From assembly GCA_027001995.1 (NCBI GenBank), contig JALTLO010000174.1:1-34438 (forward strand): a stretch of 34,438 nucleotides of DNA, written 5' to 3'. Within the stretch, counting starts at the first letter, position 1. The number at the start of each line of letters is the position of its first letter. This document shows positions 8,778 through 18,052 of this stretch, piece by piece. Position numbers and translations under genes: made by a program. The notes beneath the pieces were generated by a model, which did no database searches, had not been told where the DNA came from, and saw nothing but the letters and a program-made list of their open reading frames with translations. The DNA is from Planctomycetota bacterium (GTDB taxonomy: Bacteria > Planctomycetota > GCA-002687715 > DRQF01).

Positions 8778-11606
8778 ATGAATAATCTCAAATCTACATG
8801 CGCCGGGGTCTTTGTCTTGGGTGCATCCATCATCCTCTACGAAATTGCTCTCACCCGTGTTTTCGCTGTGATGATGTGGCATCACTTCACTTACATGGTG
8901 GTTTCCATCGCATTGCTGGGCTTCGGAGCCGCCGGAAGTTTCCTCACCGGAGCGCGAGAAGATTCCCAGGCTAAACCAGCAAGTCGGTTGGCCATGCATT
9001 CCCTGCTCTTCGCATTGACATCAACTTTGGCATTTTGCTTCGTCACTCTCATTCGCATCGACACTCTTCATCTCTTGGACCAGCCAAAGAACCTCATCGC
9101 TCTTCTTTTGTTCTACATCATGATCAGCGTGCCCATGCTTTGCGGAGGCTTGGCCATCGGCGTTGCTCTCATGACCATGACCAAACAAGTCAATCGCATC
9201 TATTTCGCGGACTTGGCTGGGTCTGCCTTGGGCGGTGGAGTGAGTGCTCTCATCTTGGGCAACTTGGGAGCGGAAACAACCATCATGATCGTGGGTGCCT
9301 TGGCAACATTGGCCGCCCTGCTCTTCTCTTGGGCTCTACCAATTCGCAAGCGTATTCTACCAGCATTCGCTTTGCTCATTGGCATCTACTTCGTCATCGG
9401 TTTCGTTGGCGGCATGCCATCATTGAAGATCCCAGCCATGAGCTGGGACGTCCCTTTTGCTCCAGACAAAGAAATGACTTCCATCAGCGCAACCGGTGTC
9501 ATGACCCGACTGCCGAGTGCCACTGCAGAAGTCGAAGTGAGTTTCCCCTACCCGGCGCTGCCAATTCACGGAGGCGATTTCGCTCTCGAAGGTCTCCAAC
9601 GTGTGCAAGCCCGATTCGTGACCCAAGATGGCACTGCTCCGACCATGCTTTTCGAGGGCGCTGGCAATCTTGAAAAATTCCCATTCTTGAGAAAGACCCA
9701 AGCAGCCACCGCCTTTGTCACCCGGGAGTCCCGGGGAGATATGGAACCAGAAGTCTTAGTGATTGGCGTCGGGGGTGGATTCGATATCATGATGTCTTTG
9801 GCTCACAACGCCAAGAACGTCACTGCCGTCGAAATCAATCCAGCTATGCATCGCATGGTCACCGAAGAATTTGACGATTATATCGGCGGACTCTTCCGTC
9901 CCGGTGCCCACGAATACTCCGATCGAATTAACTTGGTCTATGGCGAAGGGCGCAGTTATATGCGCCACAGCGACAAGAAATTCGACGTTATCCAAATGAG
10001 CGGCGTCGACTCCTTCACTGCCCTCAGCACTGGTGCCTACACGCTCTCGGAAAGCTATCTCTACACAGTCGAGGCGGTGAAGGAATTCTACAACCACCTC
10101 AATGAAGGTGGCATTGTCAACTATTCCCGCTTCATCTTGAGCTATCCAAAGAAACCGAGAGAAACACTCCGTTTGGCGGGTATCGCCCGACAAGCATTAG
10201 AAGAGTTAGGTCTCAAAGATCCTTCAGCTCACATATGTGTCTTCCGCGGGCGTAACTGGGCCTCTACCATGATCCGCAAAGGCCCCTTCACCAAGACTGA
10301 AATTGAAGCCCTCTATGCCTACGCGCTTCGCAATCAATTTCGCGGGTTGATCTACGATCCTCTCTTGGAAGAAGGGACTAACTTAGAATCCGTCGCTGCC
10401 AGCCCCAAAGCTGTGGCCGATTTCTTGCGTCAAGCTCTCCTTGAACACATGCCAGAAATCAAAGATGACTTCCCCATTGAAGAAGTCACTCTGGCTTTGG
10501 CAAACGCCACTTTGAAGGAAGCAACAAGTACCGGGGGCATTTCGGATTCGACTTTAGACCGGCTGGTTAAGCCTTTTCCTAAGGAACTTCAGGGACGAGC
10601 TCGGGTCCTGGCGCGCACCTTCATTCGAGAGACGCGGGTTTACTTAGAGAAGGACAGCAGCTCTTTCAATCTTTCCCGCAAGGACTTCTCAAGTCTACTT
10701 TCTCGAGACAAGAAAACGCGGGAAGACTTCGTGGCTTCATATCCCTACGAGATGGAAGCTTGCCGCGACGACAATCCCTTCTTCTTCAACTACTACAAAT
10801 GGTCTTCCCTCTTCAGCTACGACAAGAGCTTACTTTTCGCCGAAGGGTTCACCAGCAATTATCATCCAGACTTCCCTGTTGGTCACGCAGTATTGGCCAT
10901 CTCAATGATCCAAATTGGTATCCTGGCGATCATCCTCATTTTCTTGCCGATCCGGCGTTTGAAGAAAAAGGGTGTTCCCACCCCTGGACGTTGGCGTTAC
11001 ATGACCTATTTTGCATCTCTTGGTTTGGGTTTCATGTTCATTGAAATCACGCTGATGCAAAAGCTCGTCATTTTCTTGGGACACCCCACTTACGCCCTCA
11101 GTGTTGTTCTCAGTTCACTGCTGGGATTCGCTGGCTTAGGATCATTTTTGGCAGGCCGAATCAAAGTTGCGACCCGCAGCCGCTTCCTACTTTTGCTCGT
11201 TCTTATCCTCGCTGCTATTGCCATCGAACTATTAGCCTTCCAATACTTGCTCAACGAAATGCTTGGAGCAAGCTTCCCAGTTCGTGTGATTACCTCAGTG
11301 TTACTCTTGCTGCCACTGGGATTGGCATTGGGCACAGGATTCCCCACGGGGATCCGGGCCTTGGAGGTCAATTGTAAACCTCTCGTACCTTGGGCCTGGG
11401 CAGTGAACGGCTTCATGAGTGTCATGGCATCCGTTTTGTGCATTGTGCTCAGCCAAGAAATCGGCTTCACCAAAGTCTTCTGGATCGCCGCCGGGATCTA
11501 CACCATAGGATTTTTGATCATGGTTCCTGAGAAATCAGGGAGTCAATCGACGCTTGGCGATGCGATAGATAATAAGTCCGACGACCACCATGACGAAGGA
11601 AAGTAG
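8778..11606 (+). CDS. Membrane-fused spermidine-synthase-like SAM-dependent transferase
   Basis: N-terminal TM bundle (LYEIALTR, YFADLAGS), central SAM fold (VLVIGVGGGFD, AVEINP, GEGRSY, FDVIQ..VD, LYTVEA), DDNPFF, and C-terminal TM bundle (GLGFMFIE, LGHPTY, WAWAVNG). Start trimmed to ATG 8778. Confidence 0.85.
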   Translation: MNNLKSTCAGVFVLGASIILYEIALTRVFAVMMWHHFTYMVVSIALLGFGAAGSFLTGAREDSQAKPASRLAMHSLLFALTSTLAFCFVTLIRIDTLHLLDQPKNLIALLLFYIMISVPMLCGGLAIGVALMTMTKQVNRIYFADLAGSALGGGVSALILGNLGAETTIMIVGALATLAALLFSWALPIRKRILPAFALLIGIYFVIGFVGGMPSLKIPAMSWDVPFAPDKEMTSISATGVMTRLPSATAEVEVSFPYPALPIHGGDFALEGLQRVQARFVTQDGTAPTMLFEGAGNLEKFPFLRKTQAATAFVTRESRGDMEPEVLVIGVGGGFDIMMSLAHNAKNVTAVEINPAMHRMVTEEFDDYIGGLFRPGAHEYSDRINLVYGEGRSYMRHSDKKFDVIQMSGVDSFTALSTGAYTLSESYLYTVEAVKEFYNHLNEGGIVNYSRFILSYPKKPRETLRLAGIARQALEELGLKDPSAHICVFRGRNWASTMIRKGPFTKTEIEALYAYALRNQFRGLIYDPLLEEGTNLESVAASPKAVADFLRQALLEHMPEIKDDFPIEEVTLALANATLKEATSTGGISDSTLDRLVKPFPKELQGRARVLARTFIRETRVYLEKDSSSFNLSRKDFSSLLSRDKKTREDFVASYPYEMEACRDDNPFFFNYYKWSSLFSYDKSLLFAEGFTSNYHPDFPVGHAVLAISMIQIGILAIILIFLPIRRLKKKGVPTPGRWRYMTYFASLGLGFMFIEITLMQKLVIFLGHPTYALSVVLSSLLGFAGLGSFLAGRIKVATRSRFLLLLVLILAAIAIELLAFQYLLNEMLGASFPVRVITSVLLLLPLGLALGTGFPTGIRALEVNCKPLVPWAWAVNGFMSVMASVLCIVLSQEIGFTKVFWIAAGIYTIGFLIMVPEKSGSQSTLGDAIDNKSDDHHDEGK

Positions 11607-12335
11607 CACCGAAGTGGAGATGCCCTCAGGGGCATCTCCCGGTGCCAACCCCTCGCCACCAAAGACGAAGCGCCTGCCCGGATCACCGCGAAACAACTCG
11701 GTTATGCAACGCAGGATGGAATAACCGATAAAGTAACTGACCAAGAGCTGACCGTCGAAAGTCTTGCGGGGGCGAAGGTAGTACCACAGGTAGATGAAGA
11801 GAGCCGTAAGCCCAAAGAACTCGTAAAGCTGCACCGGATGCAAAGGGATTCCACGAAGCCCAACTCCATCGTTGAAAGTGACACCAAGGAAATTCTCGCA
11901 ACGATGCCCGTAGCAGCAACCTGCCAAGAAGCATCCGAGACGTCCCAAGGCATGTGACATAGGACATGCGGCGGCGAAAACATCCAACCCTGCCAAGACC
12001 GGTACGCCCAAATAGCGCAATCGAAAATACATGGCAGGAGAGGCCGCCATGATGGAACCCCAAAACACAAATCCAGTTTGTAGATTCGCAGAATCAATGG
12101 CATCCGTATCAGCAATCGTCAAAAGATAGAGTCCCTTGCCACCCAAGAACAACGCCGCCACGAGGATGAGCATGGTAACAGTCGTCCCATCAGCCATCCT
12201 CTGATAGCCCAGCCGTTGAGCTTCCTGACGCACAAAGTGCCCCCAGAGAATCAATGAAAGACCGATCATCAGACCATAACTATGAAACGGGATCGAACGA
12301 CCAAGGAGATGGAGTTCAAAAACGACGGGGTGCAT
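11535..12335 (-). CDS. lgt: Prolipoprotein diacylglyceryl transferase (Cys-rich subtype)
   Basis: MHP...SYGLM, GRLGCFLAGCCYG, HPVQLYE, ELFRGD; multiple TM helices. Confidence 0.9.
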   Translation of the reverse strand: MHPVVFELHLLGRSIPFHSYGLMIGLSLILWGHFVRQEAQRLGYQRMADGTTVTMLILVAALFLGGKGLYLLTIADTDAIDSANLQTGFVFWGSIMAASPAMYFRLRYLGVPVLAGLDVFAAACPMSHALGRLGCFLAGCCYGHRCENFLGVTFNDGVGLRGIPLHPVQLYEFFGLTALFIYLWYYLRPRKTFDGQLLVSYFIGYSILRCITELFRGDPGRRFVFGGEGLAPGDAPEGISTSVLLSFVMVVVGLIIYRIAKRRLTP

Positions 12336-12775
12336 TAGGCGCTGACACTCTCGATTTTCGGCTCGGTCAGCTCCAGATCGCCTGCATCTAAACTACGCGC
12401 CCGTACCAGTGCCCCCCTACGGGCTCTAAAACGACCCAAGTCAATACCCGCCTTGATTGCCACACCACCCCAGGCCACCAACCGCCATTGGGGATCTATG
12501 AGTGCGACGAAACCGAGGGCAACAAGGAAACAAAGTGTCACCGACCGGATCACTCTTTGTTTCTCGACGGTGCCCAAATGGTCAAGGGCAAGATTGCGCA
12601 CTTGAGGTTTGGCTGCAACAAAAGCCTCGGCGGATATTCCGAATGGCAAAAGGATCAGATCGGCAAGGGAGAGACCGCCATGCCAAGTTTGAATCTCGCC
12701 CAGGCCATCGCTGCCACTTTGCAACAAGGTGATGGCTTCCTGGGTGTACTCTTCTTCCTCAGATTCAAGACTCAT
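12335..12775 (-). CDS. Hypothetical membrane protein (two TM)
   Basis: ATG 12775 overlaps the upstream TGA and its TAA overlaps the lgt ATG (translational coupling); two hydrophobic segments. Confidence 0.7.
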   Translation of the reverse strand: MSLESEEEEYTQEAITLLQSGSDGLGEIQTWHGGLSLADLILLPFGISAEAFVAAKPQVRNLALDHLGTVEKQRVIRSVTLCFLVALGFVALIDPQWRLVAWGGVAIKAGIDLGRFRARRGALVRARSLDAGDLELTEPKIESVSA

Positions 12776-14385
12776 CAGCGACGCCTTTTCTTCTTTTTTG
12801 ATGCTCTTTTCTGCCCGGACCGTGCATAAGTTTTCCACGCCTCATCTAAATACTTAAAGACATCCACACCCGGTTTTAGTCCAAACAAGGGGGGGGCATC
12901 TTCCCGCACAGCGTTGAGAAGTTTCCCTTTTTTGCGGGCGCCCTGGCAAGCAATGCGCAAGAACTCCACCATCTTGTCAGTCTGTTTGCGAGCTAAGTAG
13001 TCAAAGAAACTCCAACTCTTGGCCAAGTCGGCGTCTTGCATTTCATATAGCTCTTTCGGCATCAAGGCATGCAAAGGCAATGCTGCTTTGAGTGCCAGAG
13101 CATTGAAGGATGCTCTTTGACCGGTTTGAAGAGTCTTCAAACCTTCAGCGCCCGGTTGACTGTCATACTTGCCCCGCTTGAATTGGTAACAGGTGACGGT
13201 ATTACGTCCCAGGAACTCGAACGAGATGTAGTAAGCGCATCCTTCTTCCAACCAATCCATCGTCCCGCGAAAATGATCGTCATTGAAGTGAACATTGGCA
13301 AGATCATGCCCCAAGCTGTGAGCAACAGCTCCTTCAAAATCCCCATCATTGCCAAAGCGGGAATAATGAACGTAGGCATTGCCCCGAGCATTTTGCATAC
13401 GGGTACCAGTCGTTTTCAAACGCTGCTCGCGGGTATTGCTGAATCGACGGCCATAGAATTCCTGCCAGTAAGTGTCGTAAAGATCGATATCGTCTTCCAT
13501 GTAGAAGAACTCTACAAAGATCTTGTCCGGGATGGTGTCTTCGAACTCGTGGGCAAATGGATCGACAAACTCTCGCCGAAATCCTTCAATCACCTTCTCA
13601 GCCAACCCCAGCAATTCCTCGGCTCTTTTCTTCGGAATAATCTTGATGTCGCAGATCATCCGGCAATGAAGACTTTCGACGGTGGTAAAGGTGAATTTCT
13701 TGCCCTTGAAGCTCACTTCAGCAAGACCCTCGGGATTATCAACACTTTTGACTGATTTGAGAGCCTTGCCTTTGCGTTCGGCGAGGGCATCGCCTTTGAG
13801 TAAACTGCGAATTTTGTCTGCTTTTGACCTCCATGTCTTGGCAGCCTTCTTGAAAACCCCAGCACTCAACCATTCTGCCAGACGATCGCAACGCCCCATA
13901 AGCCGACGCTGAGCGTTGAACCACTCCGTGCTCGCCTTCTTAAGACCCGAGATCTTTGCTTCGCTGGCATCAATCGCTTCTTTTCGCAAACGAAACTCAC
14001 TGGCCAGGCCGAAGAAGGTTTGATCTCTGGCCACCATTTTCATGTAGTTCGCTTTAGGAATGTGGTCCCGGGCAATCTTCACCACTCCCTTGCGTCCCTG
14101 CGGCACCTTCTTTGTGCCATCTAATCGGTAGGGTACTTTCTCTGGGGATTTGGGATCGGCGACCCAAAGCTCAATAAACTTCTTGCCAAAAATAGACACG
14201 GCTCCGGCTTCGTATTTGATGCCTGACTTGAGTTCACCGCAGATGACGTTTTCGCCATCAATTTCAACGAGGAACTTCTTGTATTTCTTCTCGATCTTCG
14301 GTGACGTCAAACGAATACCGATGATTTGCGCCTGAGCAGAGCCAAGAAAGAGAGCTAAGAAAACAAGACTAAAGATATTGCGCAT
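12775..14385 (-). CDS. Secreted peptidase-MA-like protein with a degenerate HExxH (HSLGH)
   Basis: Signal peptide ending AQA; VAHSLGH...DWLEEGCAYY...AKSWSFFDYL matches the gluzincin/peptidase MA-like layout. Confidence 0.65.
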   Translation of the reverse strand: MRNIFSLVFLALFLGSAQAQIIGIRLTSPKIEKKYKKFLVEIDGENVICGELKSGIKYEAGAVSIFGKKFIELWVADPKSPEKVPYRLDGTKKVPQGRKGVVKIARDHIPKANYMKMVARDQTFFGLASEFRLRKEAIDASEAKISGLKKASTEWFNAQRRLMGRCDRLAEWLSAGVFKKAAKTWRSKADKIRSLLKGDALAERKGKALKSVKSVDNPEGLAEVSFKGKKFTFTTVESLHCRMICDIKIIPKKRAEELLGLAEKVIEGFRREFVDPFAHEFEDTIPDKIFVEFFYMEDDIDLYDTYWQEFYGRRFSNTREQRLKTTGTRMQNARGNAYVHYSRFGNDGDFEGAVAHSLGHDLANVHFNDDHFRGTMDWLEEGCAYYISFEFLGRNTVTCYQFKRGKYDSQPGAEGLKTLQTGQRASFNALALKAALPLHALMPKELYEMQDADLAKSWSFFDYLARKQTDKMVEFLRIACQGARKKGKLLNAVREDAPPLFGLKPGVDVFKYLDEAWKTYARSGQKRASKKKKRRR

Positions 14386-14456
14386 TGAGCAACCCTCATA
14401 CTGGGAGATTCTTGAGCGGCATTTTGTCATCGGGAGCAAGTGGTGATGCCCAGATC

Positions 14457-16025
14457 TTAGCGATCAGCGCCAGAAGACAAAGCCCCAGTTTTTTCTCGTG
14501 GCTGATAATAAAGCACTCCAGCACAGATAGCCCCGAGATTCGTCTCTGGTTGAGCTTTCAGGCTCCAATTGAGATCCGAAAATGGAAAGCGATCCAAGGC
14601 CCGATAGCGATTGGCAGAAAAGCCCTTGTCCGGGCCCAAGTGCCAACCTCCCCACAGGCTTGTGGCCACGGGTGAACCTTCTCCACCGGGATGGGCAAAA
14701 TGAATCCTCAGACTCGCGGGGCTCAAAGCCGACTTCGATTGGCTCGAGACTTCAACCTGAACCTCACCAGAGCTAAAATCGGAGCGGCTCATAATCATCT
14801 CGCCAACGAGAAATCCCTTGCCCTTAATGGCGAGTTCCAACGATCCCATGTTCGCTGAACTTCCCTTCACAAAGGTCGAGCCCAAGCGCCACCGTTCTTC
14901 CTCGGGACGAGCATCTCGCACGCCAAAAGAGAGACGCAAACCACGAACCGGACTTCCGGCGTTATTCCGAACAGATACTCTCAGACTTTTCGCAAAAGGC
15001 ATGGGCAAGCGAAACTGCCAACGCCGCATTGCAGGGAGGGCCTGGTATGTTTGAACCGCCAAAGTAGAGCCCGGAACAAAGACGCTGTCAGTACCGAAGA
15101 GGAGGTTCATGGGTAAAGAGAATGAGTTAAGGCCATCGCAATTGACCTTCAACTCTAAGTCTTCAAGACGGTGAAATTGTCGAAAGGGCTTCAACAAATC
15201 GAGGGTAATGGTTGCCAGAACTTTCGCTGTGCTCGTTGCAAATTCAAAAACAGTTACTTCTTGTCCGCTGCCAATCGAAGCATCGAAGTGAGGGCGAGGC
15301 ACGACCAAAGCTTGCCCAGCCTTGGCCGTAAGAGGCTTGGGGGATTCGGTCAATTGATCAAGACCAGCAATGATGTGAGGGGCTCGATAGATGGTCTCCA
15401 CGCCGCGGTCAGCGGCGAAGGATTCAACCTCAACGTCTTTAGCAAACTGACGATATTGAACCTCATAGCTGGTGGACGGACCATCCAAAGTCACGACCAC
15501 AGATTCCTTGAAGGCAAGAGGCAAAGACAAGATCACAGAAGAACCCAAACGGGCACCCAGTTGTCCAGAAAAGAACCGTTGATGATGGCCAAATATCGTA
15601 TCGCAGGGCATGTCGATTACGGGGGCAGCCCCACCGTCCATGTAGACACGAAAATTTCCGCTCTGCCTTCCGATCCACAAGCGAGTGAGCACACCTGGTC
15701 CCTGAACGCTTGCCAAGATTCTCTCCCGTCGCCGCCCTCGTTTGATCAGGCCACGATGATAAATGCCCTCATCATCGACAAAAGCACCTTTTTCATACTG
15801 TTCCAAGGGTGGCTCCTGCCCGGTTTGCCGTCCTACCCAGTAAGGGACAGTTTCTTTGGGGTAAGCAATCCCTGGCGGTGTCAACTCTGAGAGAACGGAC
15901 AAGGTCCAAATATCTGGATCCGGCGGCCCTTGGGGCCGCTCTTCTTCTTGGGCCCAAGTCATTACCACAAGGGCGAAAACCAAAAGAGCAGAACAGCAAG
16001 TTCGTTTAGTCCAGATGCGCAGCAT
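14457..16025 (-). CDS. Secreted DUF2961 (GH172-like) protein, probably non-catalytic
   Basis: Signal peptide; GPGVLTRLW...FRVYMDG..PVID, LPLAFKES, LPMPFAKSLRV and YRALDRFPF match the repeated DUF2961 jelly-roll motifs. Confidence 0.65.
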   Translation of the reverse strand: MLRIWTKRTCCSALLVFALVVMTWAQEEERPQGPPDPDIWTLSVLSELTPPGIAYPKETVPYWVGRQTGQEPPLEQYEKGAFVDDEGIYHRGLIKRGRRRERILASVQGPGVLTRLWIGRQSGNFRVYMDGGAAPVIDMPCDTIFGHHQRFFSGQLGARLGSSVILSLPLAFKESVVVTLDGPSTSYEVQYRQFAKDVEVESFAADRGVETIYRAPHIIAGLDQLTESPKPLTAKAGQALVVPRPHFDASIGSGQEVTVFEFATSTAKVLATITLDLLKPFRQFHRLEDLELKVNCDGLNSFSLPMNLLFGTDSVFVPGSTLAVQTYQALPAMRRWQFRLPMPFAKSLRVSVRNNAGSPVRGLRLSFGVRDARPEEERWRLGSTFVKGSSANMGSLELAIKGKGFLVGEMIMSRSDFSSGEVQVEVSSQSKSALSPASLRIHFAHPGGEGSPVATSLWGGWHLGPDKGFSANRYRALDRFPFSDLNWSLKAQPETNLGAICAGVLYYQPREKTGALSSGADR

Positions 16026-17814
16026 CACTGTCTCCCATTTCTTGACCACCAGGAAAATACTCGGTCCAGCGCTGATCGACGAGAGTCTTGGTTTTTTCAT
16101 CGCAGAAAAGTTCGGCCGGATAGTTGGGTTTCATCCTTGCATCGATGACAAAAGGCGCCTCAAACACCCGATGATTGCGAACGATTTCCCTAGCTCGGGT
16201 ATAAACGTCGGCAGCCGGTTCGAAACGGGTGAAAGTGGTCCACAGGAAGTTCATGTCGCTGCGGGTAGCCTTCTCTCCATCATCAACCAGAACAACCATA
16301 GGCCAATCTCTGAAGACCTCAGCGTCCGCGATGCGCTGGGGTAATTCGCGGTCAAGAGGACTTTGGTTCTTGCCATCTAAGACCAAACACCCCGGGCAAT
16401 AGACAAAGGCCCCGTCGATTCCCAAGGGCAAGTCCCCCGAAAAGCTGTCCTTGAGGCGGCGACGTGGTTCCCCCAAACCAAGCAGAACTCCCTTCGAACC
16501 TTCGTTCACTTGGGGGCCTGTATAGTCCAGAGTATCCATACTGAGATTGGCCATGATGAAGACGTCCGTCTCAAACTCGCATCGAGCAAGAACATGAGAG
16601 AGAGTCGCTTTGAAGTTCTTCAAGTCAACATGGCTATCGGTGAGAAGTAAGAACTTAGTGAGGGAGAGTTGCCCTTCGCCCAAGATCCTAAAAGCAGACG
16701 CCATGGCTTCTTTCTTGTAGCGTTGCTTCACAACGGCGGCAGCCAAACTGTGATAGCCAGTTTCGCCGTAAGACCAAAGATTTTCCACCGCTGGCATGAC
16801 CACAGGAAAAAGCGGGGACAAAAGTTCTTGTAAGTAATCACCAATGAAGAAATCTTCCTGTCGAGGTTTGCCCACAACTGTAGCGGGATAGATAGCGTCT
16901 TTGCGATGGTGTACAGCCTTAACCTTGAATACCGGGTAATCGTGTTTCAATGAGTAATAGCCATAGTGATCACCGAATGGCCCTTCTGGCTGGCGTACGT
17001 TGTGGATAATTTCGCCAACCAAACAAAACTCAGCACGGGCCGCCATGGGCATCGAAGAATGAGGGGTTTTTGTCATGGCAAGCTTCTCCCCCATCAACAG
17101 AGAACACAACAGAAGTTCTGGTACGTTCTCTGGGAGGGGCGCGATTGCTGAGACGATCAAAGCCGGAGGGCCACCGAGAAACACATGGCAGGGCAAATTC
17201 TGGCCCAAGGCCTCTGCCTGCGCCAAATGGGCACCACCACCTTTGCCAATTTGAAAGTGCATACCAGTATGGCAGTCGTCATGAATCTGCAGGCGGTACA
17301 TACCAAGGTTGTGCCCACCGGTATGAGGGTCCTGGGTGTAGACCAGGGGCAAAGTCACAAAGGGCCCGCCGTCCTCTTCCCAAGTAGTCAAGACTGGCAA
17401 TTGGCTGAGTTTTGGCGGCATGAGCGTGCAATCGAGAAGAGGAGCGCGGCGGCTATTCTTCAGACCAACCCTTGACAGACGGCCAAAAAGAGAACGGTGG
17501 TCCCAAAGTTTGCCCAAGCTCGGCGGCATCAACTCCTCCGGGCATTTGGCCAAAGCCTGAATCATCTGTCGCGGGCCATCTCCAAAGGCCAAGTCTACGC
17601 GTTTCTTGGTGCCAAAGAGATTGGTCACTAAAGGGAAATCTCCCCCTTTGGGGTTGTTGAAGAGGATCGCCGGGCCACCGGCAGCAATAATGCGGCGGTG
17701 AATCTCCGGAGCTTCTAAATTGGGATCGACTTGGGCATCGACTTCCAGCAATTCCCCCTCCCCCCGTAAAACGTGCAGAAAGTCCCTCAGATCGCTCAAT
17801 TTCGATTTGGACAC
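16006..17814 (-). CDS. UbiD-family prFMN-dependent decarboxylase (MqnL-like subtype)
   Basis: GPAILF, NLFGT, EDGGPFVTLP, NLGMYRLQ, EGPFGDHYGYY, TVVGKPRQED and DARMKP; GTG start. Confidence 0.93.
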   Translation of the reverse strand: MSKSKLSDLRDFLHVLRGEGELLEVDAQVDPNLEAPEIHRRIIAAGGPAILFNNPKGGDFPLVTNLFGTKKRVDLAFGDGPRQMIQALAKCPEELMPPSLGKLWDHRSLFGRLSRVGLKNSRRAPLLDCTLMPPKLSQLPVLTTWEEDGGPFVTLPLVYTQDPHTGGHNLGMYRLQIHDDCHTGMHFQIGKGGGAHLAQAEALGQNLPCHVFLGGPPALIVSAIAPLPENVPELLLCSLLMGEKLAMTKTPHSSMPMAARAEFCLVGEIIHNVRQPEGPFGDHYGYYSLKHDYPVFKVKAVHHRKDAIYPATVVGKPRQEDFFIGDYLQELLSPLFPVVMPAVENLWSYGETGYHSLAAAVVKQRYKKEAMASAFRILGEGQLSLTKFLLLTDSHVDLKNFKATLSHVLARCEFETDVFIMANLSMDTLDYTGPQVNEGSKGVLLGLGEPRRRLKDSFSGDLPLGIDGAFVYCPGCLVLDGKNQSPLDRELPQRIADAEVFRDWPMVVLVDDGEKATRSDMNFLWTTFTRFEPAADVYTRAREIVRNHRVFEAPFVIDARMKPNYPAELFCDEKTKTLVDQRWTEYFPGGQEMGDSDAAHLD

Positions 17815-18052
17815 GGGCGAAAACTCCCAAGCTCACAATGAGAAGAACAATGGCTCAAAAAGCCAGCCTACCTTGCGAGGTATGCCCCAGGACATCAACC
17901 TCGATCTGCTGAATAAGGTTTCTTAGGGCTCCAGGAAACGAAAATGACGCCACTTGGGGAAGCCACTTTCGATTTGGCCCCATTCGCATAGAATTTGGGC
18001 GTCAAAGCTCGGTATTTCGCCGATCACCCCTGGGATTGGAAGGTAAGCCCCA

